The notes under the pieces were generated by a model. It did no database searches. It was not told where the DNA came from and saw only the letters and a list, made by a program, of their open reading frames with translations. Made by a program: the position numbers and the translations under genes. A DNA stretch of 64,000 nucleotides from an uncultured Acidobacteriota bacterium (lineage in GTDB: Bacteria; Acidobacteriota; Terriglobia; Terriglobales; Acidobacteriaceae), in NCBI GenBank assembly GCA_963757095.1, contig CAVWQT010000006.1, positions 32,960-96,959 on the forward strand. Direction: 5' to 3'. Shown here in pieces: positions 54,976 through 64,000 of the stretch. The number at the start of each line of letters is the position of its first letter. Positions within the stretch are counted from its first letter, which is position 1.

Positions 54976-57210
54976 CTACACGCAGCTTCTATGAATTCTG
55001 CGGAATCGACTCTGAGTCCGCTGCCCATTGGCCACGGCATCGTTAATACGAAGTGTCGCCAGCGATGAGCAGATCAGTTCCTCGAAAGAAATTGGCGCAT
55101 CCTGTTTTCGCAACACAAATTGTACAAATGCGGCCCACTCGGAGTGGTGCCCCTTATCCTGTCGCCAACGGGAATGAGTGGTCTGTTTGCGGCCATTGCG
55201 AACAAGTTCGAGGCGTCGAAAATCTTCGAGCACGGCAGTGCTGCCTCCGCCGAATACTTCGATTCTCTCTTTCGAAAATGCGCGGTCACCATTCGCCAGA
55301 TAACTGATGGTGCCCTGAGAGCCGTTGGCAAAGGCAAGCGACGCGAGCACGTTGTCGCCGCTATAGCGACTCGTATTGCTGATGAGGCGCGCCTCGACCT
55401 CGACGATGGGAGATCCCGCGAGGTACATCAGCAGGTCGACAAAGTGGCAAACCTCGCCCAGAATGCGGCCTCCTCCCTGCTCGCGATCGTTCACCCAGTG
55501 ATCGGGCGGAAGGTGTCCTGCATTAATGCGATAGTGCAGAGCGAGCGGCTCGGAGACCGGCGCGAGGAACTGTTTCAACTGCGTGATCATCGGGGCGAAG
55601 CGGCGATTGTAGCCGACCATCAACGCAGGACGCTTGTGAGGCAGAATTCCAACGTAGGCACGCACGATGGAGCGCAATTCAGCTTCGGTGAGGCAGAGCG
55701 GCTTTTCGCAGAAGACGTGCTTCCCTGCCGCGAGCGAATTCAGAACTTGCTTTGCATGCAGGTGATGGCGGGTCGCAATGACGACCGTGTTGATTAGAGC
55801 ATCGTGAACAAGTTGGGCTTCGTCGGTAGTGCAGCTCTTGAAACCGAATTTTTGCCCAGCGTGCTGAGCGTGCGATCCGGTTGCGGCGCAGAGCGCAATC
55901 AGCGATGTATCTGACGAATTCTTGAGTGCGGGAATGAGTGTCCCGGTGGCGAATATTCCGGCACCCAGCACCCCGACTGCGACGACGGTCTTGGAGTCGG
56001 ATTTTGAGGCAGGTGGAGCAAGTCCATCTCTGGGCACAATCGCGAGCGTCTGCGAGTCGTTGACATTTTCAGAGTATCGAATGACGACGCCGAGAAATGG
56101 CTCGTGAGATTTTCCGGTGATCAGTTCGTAGGCTGCGGGTGCGTCGTCTATCGTGAAGGTGTGCGTGATCAGCGGAGCGACGATGATTTTTCTCTCGGCG
56201 AGCAGTTGCAGAAATGCCTGCAGGTTGCGGGTCTCGGTCCAGCGCACGTAGCCGATGGGATAGTCGCGGCCCTTCTGCTCATAGGCAGCGTCGTAGCGGC
56301 CAGGCCCATACGAGCGGGAGATGCGGAAGTCGAGTTCCTTCTCGTAATAGAGTTTGCGCTCGATCTCCATTCCAACCGTGCCCACCGCCACGACGATGGC
56401 GCGATCGCGGGCGATTGCGCCCGCAAGATTGACCGGATCGCTGCTCGGAGTCTCCGCGGTGATGAGAACGGAATCGACGCCCATGCCCCCGGACAGCTGG
56501 AGACAAAGATCGCGAAACTCCGCGGCAGAGCTAGCGACCGCATCGGCGCCCAAGTTTCGTGCCAGCTGAGAGCGGGCCGCGTCGATATCCATTCCAAGAA
56601 CGCGGCAACCGGCGCCTCTCAACAATTGCACGGTGAGTTGGCCGAGCAGGCCCAGACCGATGACCGCAACCAAATCGCCAAGCCTGGCCTCCGCGGTGCG
56701 AATGCCGTGCAGAGCCACGGCGCCGAGAGTGCCGAAAGCCGCTTCTTCGAATGGGACTTCTTCTCCGGAGTCAGGATCGCGCGCCGGAATTTGCGCGACC
56801 AGCAATCGCGGCACGCACGCGACCTCGGCGTGAACGGCGAATCCTGCGCCGGCGCAAGCGACGCGATCACCGGGATGAAGGTCGGTCACTCCTTCACCGA
56901 CAGCAATCACAGTTCCGGCGCTGCTGTAGCCGGGGCTCTGCGGCTGGTCGAGACGGCTGCTTACGGCTTGCATTGCGGAGTGGATGCCGTCGCGGCGAAC
57001 TTTTGAGATGACCTCACGAACCAGGTCGGGCCGCGCTCTGGCTTTTTCGAGAAGACTCTTGCGCGCAAACTCAGCCGAGGCGCGCTCGGTACCAGCCGAT
57101 ACCACCGACGCCGCGATCCGCACCAGGACGCAACCGGGGAGAAGTTGAGGCGCGGGAACCTCTTCGACTGTAATTTCACCAGTGCGCGCGTGTTGGAGAA
57201 CTTGCTTCAT
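54976..57210 (-). CDS. Bi-domain oxidoreductase: N-terminal Zn-type (MDR) dehydrogenase fused to C-terminal Gfo/Idh/MocA
   Basis: N-terminus MKQVLQHARTGEITVEEVPAP..GYSSAGTV..GLGLLGQL; C-terminus ..VGVLGAGIFA..HVFCEKPL... The ATG 57210 overlaps the upstream stop (ATGA). Confidence 0.85.
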   Translation of the reverse strand: MKQVLQHARTGEITVEEVPAPQLLPGCVLVRIAASVVSAGTERASAEFARKSLLEKARARPDLVREVISKVRRDGIHSAMQAVSSRLDQPQSPGYSSAGTVIAVGEGVTDLHPGDRVACAGAGFAVHAEVACVPRLLVAQIPARDPDSGEEVPFEEAAFGTLGAVALHGIRTAEARLGDLVAVIGLGLLGQLTVQLLRGAGCRVLGMDIDAARSQLARNLGADAVASSAAEFRDLCLQLSGGMGVDSVLITAETPSSDPVNLAGAIARDRAIVVAVGTVGMEIERKLYYEKELDFRISRSYGPGRYDAAYEQKGRDYPIGYVRWTETRNLQAFLQLLAERKIIVAPLITHTFTIDDAPAAYELITGKSHEPFLGVVIRYSENVNDSQTLAIVPRDGLAPPASKSDSKTVVAVGVLGAGIFATGTLIPALKNSSDTSLIALCAATGSHAQHAGQKFGFKSCTTDEAQLVHDALINTVVIATRHHLHAKQVLNSLAAGKHVFCEKPLCLTEAELRSIVRAYVGILPHKRPALMVGYNRRFAPMITQLKQFLAPVSEPLALHYRINAGHLPPDHWVNDREQGGGRILGEVCHFVDLLMYLAGSPIVEVEARLISNTSRYSGDNVLASLAFANGSQGTISYLANGDRAFSKERIEVFGGGSTAVLEDFRRLELVRNGRKQTTHSRWRQDKGHHSEWAAFVQFVLRKQDAPISFEELICSSLATLRINDAVANGQRTQSRFRRIHRSCV

Positions 57211-59195
57211 GCGGTTGCCGCCTGCGCGGGCAATGACTCTGATTCGAAAGTCTTGGCGCCACCGTCGAGAAATGTTTGCATCCACAATTCAAGCGTGAGG
57301 AACTGCCACAGTTGCATCGACCAGTCCCGGCGGCCGCTGCGATGCTCATCAACGTAGCGCGCAACGGCTTCGGGCCGGAACAGTCCGCGCTTGCTGAGTT
57401 GTGCGGGCGACAGCAGGTCGTCCACCATTTCTTTGAGATCGTTGGCCAACCAATAGTCTACCGGAGCGGCAAAGCCGGCTTTCGGTTGCTGCAACACTTC
57501 GCGCGGCAGAACGTCGCGCATGGCCTGGCGGAAGATGTATTTCGTCGTGGGCTTCCAAAAACCTTTCAACTTCAAATCGGGCGGAACATTCCACGCCACG
57601 AACTCGGCCAGTTCCCGATCGAGAAATGGGACGCGCACTTCGACGGAGACTGCCATGCTCATCTTGTCGTTGTAGGTGAGGTTGAGACTGGTCATGAAAA
57701 TCTTGGTGTCGAGATAGAGCATCTGGTGCAGGAAGTCCGCATCGCCGACGCGGTCGAACGCGGCTCGATGCTGTCGGGCGGGATCAGAATCCGCAATTTC
57801 GGCAGCGAGATCAGATGTGTAGAGCGTGGATTTCTGGCAGTCATCCAAGTATGTGCAGTTGGCGATGAAGCGGTCGACCGGAGCGAGGGACGCGCTGCGC
57901 GCCATTTTTCTGGCGAGGCGAAGTTGACCCTTGACCGGAGTACCTCGCAGGCTGGGCAGCGCGGCCAGTGCGCCTTCCGCCAAGCCGCGCGCGAATGACG
58001 GCATGGTTCGATAAGCCTGTGCCCAGTAATGCGCGACATGCTTGCGATAGCCGCCGAACAATTCGTCGCCGCCGACACCGGAGAGCAGCACCGTCGCTTG
58101 TTTTCGAGCCTCGCGACAAACGAGATAGGCAGTGATGATCGCGGGATCGGCCGTGGGCTCGTCCATGTGCCAGACGAGGCGCGGCAGCAGATCGGTGACG
58201 TCGGGCTCGACCACGATGCGCTGGTTTTCGCAGCCCAGTTGCCGCGCCAGGCGAGTGGCAACTTCGGGATCATCGAGCGTGGTTTCGCCCACGCGATATT
58301 TCTTGGGGAAGGTGATCGTGTACGTACGCACTGGCTGAGTGGTCGCCTTACGCATCATGGCGACGATGCTGGAGGAATCGAGACCCGCGCTGAGAAATGC
58401 GCCAATGGGTACGTCGCTGATCATCTGGGCTTCGACCGAGCGGCGAAAGCGCTCGCGGATTTCCTCTGCGAGATCGGCCTCCGACCGGACATAGGTATGT
58501 TTCGCTGGCGGGAATGTGAGATCCCAGTACTGCGTGAGTTTCAGTTCGCCTGCGCGCAGAGTCGCATAGTGACCCGCGGGAAGTTTGTGAATGCGGCGAA
58601 ACATCGTCTTGGGATCGGGGACCCAGAGGAAGGTCAGATACTGGTGAAGCGACTGTGGATCGAGTTCGGCTTCGATTCCCGGAACCTGCAGCAGGGCCTT
58701 GATCTCCGAGGCGAAGGCGAATCGGTCGCCATCATGGAAATAGTAGAAGGGCTTGACGCCGAAGTGATCGCGCGCCATGAACAGCGTCGGAGTTGCACTG
58801 CGCAAATCGCAGATCGCGAACGCGAACATTCCGTTCAGGCGCTTTACGCAGTCGGGACCTTCTTGCTCGTAGAGGTGAAGCACGACTTCGGTGTCGGTGT
58901 GCGAGACGAATCGATGCCCTTTGCTTTCGAGTTCGTGGCGTAGTTCCGCGAAGTTATAAATCTCTCCGTTGTAGGTGATCCACAGAGTGCGGTCTTCGTT
59001 GCACATTGGCATGTGGCCGAGCGGAGACAGGTCGAGAATGGCAAGACGGCGACTGCCGAGGCCGATGTAGGAACCGTCAGGAAATTTGCGGTCCCAGAGA
59101 CCGGAATCGTCGGGGCCGCGGTGCGCCTGCACGCGCGTCATGCGCGCCAGCGTCTCCCGATCTCCGCAATTCACGACCCCGTTAATGCCACACAT
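57207..59195 (-). CDS. Asparagine synthase (glutamine-hydrolysing)-family amidotransferase, paralog 1
   Basis: MCGINGVV.. (Ntn Cys2), ..NGEIYNF.., and the synthetase-domain motif ..FLSAGLDSS... 662 aa from ATG 59195. Confidence 0.88.
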   Translation of the reverse strand: MCGINGVVNCGDRETLARMTRVQAHRGPDDSGLWDRKFPDGSYIGLGSRRLAILDLSPLGHMPMCNEDRTLWITYNGEIYNFAELRHELESKGHRFVSHTDTEVVLHLYEQEGPDCVKRLNGMFAFAICDLRSATPTLFMARDHFGVKPFYYFHDGDRFAFASEIKALLQVPGIEAELDPQSLHQYLTFLWVPDPKTMFRRIHKLPAGHYATLRAGELKLTQYWDLTFPPAKHTYVRSEADLAEEIRERFRRSVEAQMISDVPIGAFLSAGLDSSSIVAMMRKATTQPVRTYTITFPKKYRVGETTLDDPEVATRLARQLGCENQRIVVEPDVTDLLPRLVWHMDEPTADPAIITAYLVCREARKQATVLLSGVGGDELFGGYRKHVAHYWAQAYRTMPSFARGLAEGALAALPSLRGTPVKGQLRLARKMARSASLAPVDRFIANCTYLDDCQKSTLYTSDLAAEIADSDPARQHRAAFDRVGDADFLHQMLYLDTKIFMTSLNLTYNDKMSMAVSVEVRVPFLDRELAEFVAWNVPPDLKLKGFWKPTTKYIFRQAMRDVLPREVLQQPKAGFAAPVDYWLANDLKEMVDDLLSPAQLSKRGLFRPEAVARYVDEHRSGRRDWSMQLWQFLTLELWMQTFLDGGAKTFESESLPAQAATA

Positions 59196-59209
59196 TTTGC
59201 CGGTTCCCG

Positions 59210-60118
59210 TTAACGCATCGTCCTCATGCGCGTTTTCAATTCGTAGATCTTGGCCTTGGTGTGAAACATCTGCACCGCCTGAAAGCCGCAATAGATCAGG
59301 CCGGGAACGCCGTCAAGAAATCCGAGGCGCAGAAAATATCGATAGCAGAAGAGCAGAACCGGCGAACCGGGCACGGCATAGAGCTTCTTCTTGAGCCAGC
59401 GACGGCGCTGGGCTTGTGTGCCGAAAAATGCCGGTGGCAGCTCCGTGCTATTCGATTCTACTTGCAGGAGCACACGCGATTCCCAGTTGGAATACTCATC
59501 ATGCTTCTGAATGTAGCGAGAAAGCGATTCCACGTTGTGATGAATGAGCGGATGCTTCAGTCGCGAGGTCGGACCGTCGGCCACGACGTGTTCGTGAATT
59601 TCCATGTCGGCCATGGAAGCATCCTGGTCGCGGAGGCGGCATTCGTAGCGGCCCTTGCCGCGGCGGAAGAGAGCCAGTTTCCAGAAGCTGGCATCGCCGT
59701 GACGGAGAACTCTTCCCAGAAAATGCATGCGCAGCGAAATGTAGTAGCCGTTGAATGCCGGATCCTGAATGGCCCTGCGAATCTCTTCCGCGAGTTCTGG
59801 AGTGAGGGCTTCGTCAGCATCGACCAAAAGAATCCAGTCGTAGGCGAAATCCAGATTCTCCATCGCCCATTGGCGCTTTTTTGGCCAGCCGCCCTGATAG
59901 TGGAATTGCACGACCTTGGCGCCGAAGGTGCGCGCGATTTCCGGAGTCGCGTCGGTGCTCTGCGAGTCGATCACGTAGACTTCGCCGACTTCTCGCAGGG
60001 CCGCGAGGCAACGGGGCAGATTCTTTTCTTCATTGCGCGCAGCCACGATCACGCTGACCGGCAGTTTCGCCGCAGCGGTTGCAGGTTGCATCTTCTCGTC
60101 TTGTTCCACTTTCTGCAT
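59210..60118 (-). CDS. Family 2 glycosyltransferase
   Basis: ..VSVIVAARNEEKNLPRCL.. and ..ILLVDADE.. (GT-A DxD). Start ATG 60118, alternative 60091. Confidence 0.82.
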   Translation of the reverse strand: MQKVEQDEKMQPATAAAKLPVSVIVAARNEEKNLPRCLAALREVGEVYVIDSQSTDATPEIARTFGAKVVQFHYQGGWPKKRQWAMENLDFAYDWILLVDADEALTPELAEEIRRAIQDPAFNGYYISLRMHFLGRVLRHGDASFWKLALFRRGKGRYECRLRDQDASMADMEIHEHVVADGPTSRLKHPLIHHNVESLSRYIQKHDEYSNWESRVLLQVESNSTELPPAFFGTQAQRRRWLKKKLYAVPGSPVLLFCYRYFLRLGFLDGVPGLIYCGFQAVQMFHTKAKIYELKTRMRTMR

Positions 60119-60123
60119 GCGGA

Positions 60124-61998
60124 TCAAAGCTGCAATTCGCACCAGCGGTGCAGCACGTACAGCGACCACGGACGCGACCACGAAGCCGTTCCGCCCAGGA
60201 AATCCTGCCAGATCTGCTGGACCCGGTCGCCATCGAGCAGACCACCGAGCGGGCCGGAATTGACTCGCTGCGCCTGCAGCACCGGCTCAATTTCTGAACG
60301 AAGTTCCTGGCGCATCCAATGTTCGAATGGCAAAGTGAAGCCGCGCTTGCGGCGATGGACGATGTCGTCAGGCAGCGAACCGGCGAGTGAGTCAACCAGC
60401 AATTTCTTCGGCGTGTGATTCAGTTTCGACGCGCCGGGCAGGGCAAGCACCGCTTTAGCCAGTTGGTGATCAATCAGCGGAACCCGTACCTCGAGGCCCT
60501 GGGACATACTCATGCAGTCGGCATCGCGCAATAAGGTATTGAGCATATAACAGCGCGACTCGAGATAGGAAACGCGATTGACGGGATCGAGCGCAAGAGC
60601 ACGCGTGAGCGCAGCGCGCTGCGAGGCTGCGGCCTCGGCGTCAAACGCTTTTGATCCGGGAAAGAGAAGATCACACTGACTCGGCGTGAACAACCTGCGA
60701 GTCAGAAAGTACGGATGCAGACCCCGGCCGTTGTCACTGGCCAGCGAGAGAAGCTTGCGTTTCTGGTCCGTATCGCGAGAAACGGCATCGAACAACGCTG
60801 CCAACGGAGAGCGCATCGCTCCCGGCATTCGATTCCAGATGTCGGCGAAGCGCTCCATGCGCGGAACCACGCGGAAGCTGGAATAACCGGCGAAAACCTC
60901 ATCGCCGCCGAGGCCGGATAACGCGACCTTGACGCCGGCGCGGCGCGTCTCGCGGGACACGAAGTAGGTGTTGACCCCGTCCATGGTGGGCAGGTCCATG
61001 GCTCGCAGCGCGTCTGGAATCGACGAGAGAACATCCGACTGGGTCACGCTGATCTCGTGATGGTCGGTGTGAAACTTGGCGGCGACGGCCCGGGAGTATT
61101 GCGCTTCGGAGAATTCGGCTTCCTGAAAAACAATCGAGAACGTGCTGGCGGTGACGCCGCTGCGGCTCAGGATGCTGACCAGCGCGCTGGAATCGATGCC
61201 ACCGGAGAGAAATACTCCCACTGGAACGTCGCTGACTAACTGCAGGCGGACGGAGTCTTCGAGCAAGGATTGCAAAGTCCCGTCTGCCGTCGCACTTTCA
61301 TTGCTGTCGACAATGTCCCAATACTCTGACTGCAGCGCTTCGCCATCTTTCCACACCAGGCTGTGGCCGGCGGGTAGCGAGCGAACTCCCTCGATCAACG
61401 TGTGGGGATCGTAGGCGGAGCCGAACGTCAGATAGTTCAGAAGGCCGGCGCGGTCCGGAACGCGCGGCACGAGCCCGGTCCCGAGAATCGTGCGCACTTC
61501 GGAGGCGAAGATGAAGTACGGTCCGGCTTGCGCATAGTAGAGCGGCTTGATGCCCATGGGATCGCGGGCCATGAAGAGTTGATGGCGAGCCGCATCCCAC
61601 AGAGCGAAGGCGAACATCCCGCGAAACTTCGCCAAGCATGCCTCGCCCCAGCGAGCGTAAGCCCTCAGCAGAACTTCGGTATCGGAATGGCTGACGAACA
61701 TCGCTCCCGCCTGCTCGAGTTCGCGGCGAATGTCACGGAAGTTATAGATTTCGCCGTTGTAGACCAGCCAGTTGCCGGTCTCGCTATCGTGCATGGGTTG
61801 GTGGGCAAGCGGGGACAGATCGAGAATGGCGAGCCGACGGTTGCCCAAGCCAATCTCTACCGAAGTCGGAACGGACTCACGCAGCAGGATGGTGCCGGAA
61901 TCGTCGGGGCCGCGATGGGCGAGCGAATCGGTGCCACGCTGGAGGATCTCCTGCGAAACCGAGGCGTTCTTACCAACGATGCCGAAAATGCCGCACAT
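60124..61998 (-). CDS. Asparagine synthase (glutamine-hydrolysing)-family amidotransferase, paralog 2
   Basis: MCGIFGIVG.., ..NGEIYNF.. and ..FLSGGIDSS... 624 aa. Confidence 0.9.
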   Translation of the reverse strand: MCGIFGIVGKNASVSQEILQRGTDSLAHRGPDDSGTILLRESVPTSVEIGLGNRRLAILDLSPLAHQPMHDSETGNWLVYNGEIYNFRDIRRELEQAGAMFVSHSDTEVLLRAYARWGEACLAKFRGMFAFALWDAARHQLFMARDPMGIKPLYYAQAGPYFIFASEVRTILGTGLVPRVPDRAGLLNYLTFGSAYDPHTLIEGVRSLPAGHSLVWKDGEALQSEYWDIVDSNESATADGTLQSLLEDSVRLQLVSDVPVGVFLSGGIDSSALVSILSRSGVTASTFSIVFQEAEFSEAQYSRAVAAKFHTDHHEISVTQSDVLSSIPDALRAMDLPTMDGVNTYFVSRETRRAGVKVALSGLGGDEVFAGYSSFRVVPRMERFADIWNRMPGAMRSPLAALFDAVSRDTDQKRKLLSLASDNGRGLHPYFLTRRLFTPSQCDLLFPGSKAFDAEAAASQRAALTRALALDPVNRVSYLESRCYMLNTLLRDADCMSMSQGLEVRVPLIDHQLAKAVLALPGASKLNHTPKKLLVDSLAGSLPDDIVHRRKRGFTLPFEHWMRQELRSEIEPVLQAQRVNSGPLGGLLDGDRVQQIWQDFLGGTASWSRPWSLYVLHRWCELQL

Positions 61999-62117
61999 GC
62001 AGAATGTCAGCCCGATACAAGTCTGGGAGCGCTCCTATTAAACACTACGAGGCGAGGTGGAAATCGTATGGAAAACTAATCAGCGGACCATGGCTGGAGC
62101 GGGCTGGGCGCGGGCAG

Positions 62118-62146
62118 TTGATGCAACTGAAAATCTATTGTATTGT
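62118..62146 (+). promoter_or_regulatory. Candidate promoter TTGATG-N17-TATTGT in the divergent spacer
   Basis: Hexamers read directly in the 240-bp spacer between asnB paralog 2 and the acetyltransferase gene. Confidence 0.25.
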
Positions 62147-62238
62147 GCGCTATATCCGATTTTGAGGCGCAGTTCCCAGGCCTGAGCTCCTGCATTCCGC
62201 TCCACACGGGGCCGTGGACGCCGCTTCGAACGATCCCC

Positions 62239-62748
62239 ATGCCCATTGCCGCCGACGTAGTGCTTGGCCACGGAGTACAAGTCTTCCACCGCGACCTCGT
62301 CAACCTTTATGGCTGCTCGGTGGGCGATGAAACCAAGATTGGGGCGTTTGTGGAGATTCAGAAGAATGCCGCGATTGGCAGCCGCTGCAAAATCTCGTCG
62401 CACACATTTATTTGTGAAGGCGTGACCATTGAAGACGATGTCTTCGTGGGCCATGGCGTGATGTTCATCAACGACCTCTATCCGCGGGCCACACAAAATG
62501 GACGCTTGCAAAACGACAGCGACTGGGCGGTCGTGCCCACGCGGGTGAAGCGCGGCGCGTCGATCGGGAGCGGAGCCGTCATTCTTGCAGGGATCACCAT
62601 TGGAGAAGAAGCACTGGTCGGCGCTGGCGCCGTGGTCACTCACGATGTGGCCGACCGCAAGATCGTGAAGGGTGTTCCGGCGCGGCTCAGCCGCGAGGTC
62701 CCACGCAATCAGGTCTCAAGCAAGCCCGCGCACCGGGAGGTATCTTGA
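62239..62748 (+). CDS. Left-handed beta-helix N-acetyltransferase (WbpD/WlbB-like)
   Basis: Hexapeptide-repeat character (..IGAFVEIQKNAAIGSRCKISSHTFICEGVTIEDDVFVGHGV..IGSGAVILAGITIGEEALVGAGAVV). Start ATG 62239. Confidence 0.8.
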   Translation: MPIAADVVLGHGVQVFHRDLVNLYGCSVGDETKIGAFVEIQKNAAIGSRCKISSHTFICEGVTIEDDVFVGHGVMFINDLYPRATQNGRLQNDSDWAVVPTRVKRGASIGSGAVILAGITIGEEALVGAGAVVTHDVADRKIVKGVPARLSREVPRNQVSSKPAHREVS

Positions 62749-63785
62749 TTCGAATCGGAGTGGTTGGTTACGGCTACTGGGGTCCAAACCTGGTGCGGAA
62801 TTTCGTGGAGACGCAGGGCGCGCAAGTGGCATGCGTCAGCGATCTGCGGGCCGACCGGCTGGCGCTGGTCAGCAACCGTTATCCTGCGATTCAGACTACA
62901 CAGAATGTCCGCGAGCTGATTGAGAATCCGGCGATCGATGCGGTTGCGATTGCCACTCCGGTGTCGACGCACTATGAACTCGCTCTGCGCGCTCTGCAGG
63001 AAGGCAAGCATGTACTGGTGGAGAAGCCTCTGGCTTCGAACACCGATCAGGTGCAGCGGCTGATGGACGTGGCGCGGAAGCGGAACCTGGTGCTTATGGT
63101 CGATCACACGTTTGTGTATACCGGGGCTGTGCGGAAGATTCGCGAACTGGTGGATAGCGGCGGACTTGGCGAAATTTATTATTACGATTCAGTGCGCGTG
63201 AATCTGGGGCTTTTTCAGCACGATGTGAACGTGCTGTGGGATCTTGCGGTGCACGATCTTTCCATCATGGATTACGTGCTGCCCTTCCGGCCCTGCGCGG
63301 TTTCTGCGACCGGGTTGAGCCATGTTCCGGGAGGCACGGAGAACATCGCGTATCTCACACTTTTTTTTGAGGGCAGTCAGATTGCGCACATCCACGCCAA
63401 CTGGCTGGCCCCGGTAAAGCTGCGACGCACGCTGATCGGCGCCAGCCGGAAGATGATCGTCTACGACGATCTGGATCAGGGGGAGAAGATCAAGGTTTAC
63501 GATAAAGGCATCACCTTGAACAATCACCAGAATCCGGAGAAGCTTTATCAGGCGCTCGTAGGCTACCGCACTGGCGACATGCTCGCGCCGCAGATCGACA
63601 TGACTGAGGCGTTGCGCCGGGAAGCGGATCACTTCGTGGCATGCATCCAACAGAGCGCGGAGCCGGAAACAGGTGGCAGCGCTGGACTTCGCGTAGTGGA
63701 GATTCTTGAAGCAGCATCGCAATCCATGACGCAACATGGGCGGCCCGTAGAATTGAGGCTCACCCCACTTGAAGCTACGGCTTAG
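62745..63785 (+). CDS. Gfo/Idh/MocA-family sugar-nucleotide oxidoreductase (WbpB-like)
   Basis: MIRIGVVGYGYWGPNLVRNF.. and ..HVLVEKPL... TTG start overlapping the preceding stop. Confidence 0.85.
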   Translation: MIRIGVVGYGYWGPNLVRNFVETQGAQVACVSDLRADRLALVSNRYPAIQTTQNVRELIENPAIDAVAIATPVSTHYELALRALQEGKHVLVEKPLASNTDQVQRLMDVARKRNLVLMVDHTFVYTGAVRKIRELVDSGGLGEIYYYDSVRVNLGLFQHDVNVLWDLAVHDLSIMDYVLPFRPCAVSATGLSHVPGGTENIAYLTLFFEGSQIAHIHANWLAPVKLRRTLIGASRKMIVYDDLDQGEKIKVYDKGITLNNHQNPEKLYQALVGYRTGDMLAPQIDMTEALRREADHFVACIQQSAEPETGGSAGLRVVEILEAASQSMTQHGRPVELRLTPLEATA

Positions 63786-63820
63786 CCACAAATCACACAG
63801 GCTGAAGATCACACAGGATC
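63785..63820. repeat. CACACAGG-type short repeat units (single arm)
   Basis: GCCACAAATCACACAGGCTGAAGATCACACAGGATC, between the oxidoreductase and aminotransferase genes. Confidence 0.5.
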
Positions 63821-63824
63821 TCGA

Positions 63825-64000
63825 ATGACCGACATCAAAGTACCGTATCTCGATTTGAAGGCGCAGTATCGCAGCATTAAGCCGGAGATTGATGCCGCCA
63901 TCGGCAGAGTGCTGGAGAGTTGCCAGTTTGTGCTGGGCGCGGAGGTGGCGGGCTTCGAGCAGGAGTTCGCGGCCTACTGTGGCACGTCGGAGTGTATCGC
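63825..64000 (+). CDS. DegT/DnrJ/EryC1/StrS-family aminotransferase (WbpE-like), 5' part; runs off right edge
   Basis: MTDIKVPYLDLKAQYRSIKPEIDAAIGRVLESCQFVLGAEVAGFEQEFAAYCG.. is a typical N-terminus of this family. Confidence 0.85.
   Translation, partial: MTDIKVPYLDLKAQYRSIKPEIDAAIGRVLESCQFVLGAEVAGFEQEFAAYCGTSECI

Noticed and set aside
62080-62643. 187-aa minus-strand ORF in the divergent spacer and acetyltransferase gene
   Set aside because: Antisense to the hexapeptide-repeat acetyltransferase, which has a clear repeat signature. No motif on the minus frame.

Overview
A 64-kb chromosomal segment of about 60% GC. Gene content and intergenic repeat style resemble a soil Acidobacteriota (Terriglobia-like) genome, but this is inference only because no search could be run.

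Left third (1-22.9 kb): a minus-strand division/cell-wall (dcw) cluster, murE-murF-mraY-murD-ftsW-murG-murC ... ftsQ-ftsA-ftsZ. It is unusually fragmented. An 8.3-kb mixed-orientation block lies between murC and ftsQ and holds a Ser/Thr-kinase-STAND-TPR protein, OsmC, DUF4242, a transposase tail remnant, a 2OG-Fe oxygenase-like gene and small membrane ORFs. A PEP-CTERM protein lies between murC and murG, and an NTF2/SnoaL-like gene lies between murG and ftsW. There is no murB/ddl, and no mraZ-rsmH-ftsL-ftsI upstream of murE.

Middle (23-53 kb): housekeeping and metabolic genes, namely pckA, convergent trpE/trpG, efp, acyP, apt, gdh, pgsA, AMMECR1, fused aroD-aroE, liu-like leucine-catabolism genes, hutH and yjbQ. 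These are interspersed with small secreted or hypothetical proteins, an orphan GvpL/GvpF-family gene and an orphan VapB-like antitoxin.

Right end (53-64 kb): a divergently organised polysaccharide locus. It contains a carbamoyltransferase, a bi-domain oxidoreductase, two AsnB-type amidotransferases flanking a GT2, and a WbpD/WbpB/WbpE-like trio.

I did not recognise any rRNA, intact tRNA or CRISPR array by eye.

Two observations cut across the window. First, at least ten places in conserved genes, including the essential murE and murF, need a +1 frame change to restore the expected protein; this looks like single-base insertions or assembly errors. Second, there are several families of intergenic hairpin-forming repeats, one built from tandem units of about 10 nt.

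All product calls come from reading motifs in the supplied translations. No database search was possible.
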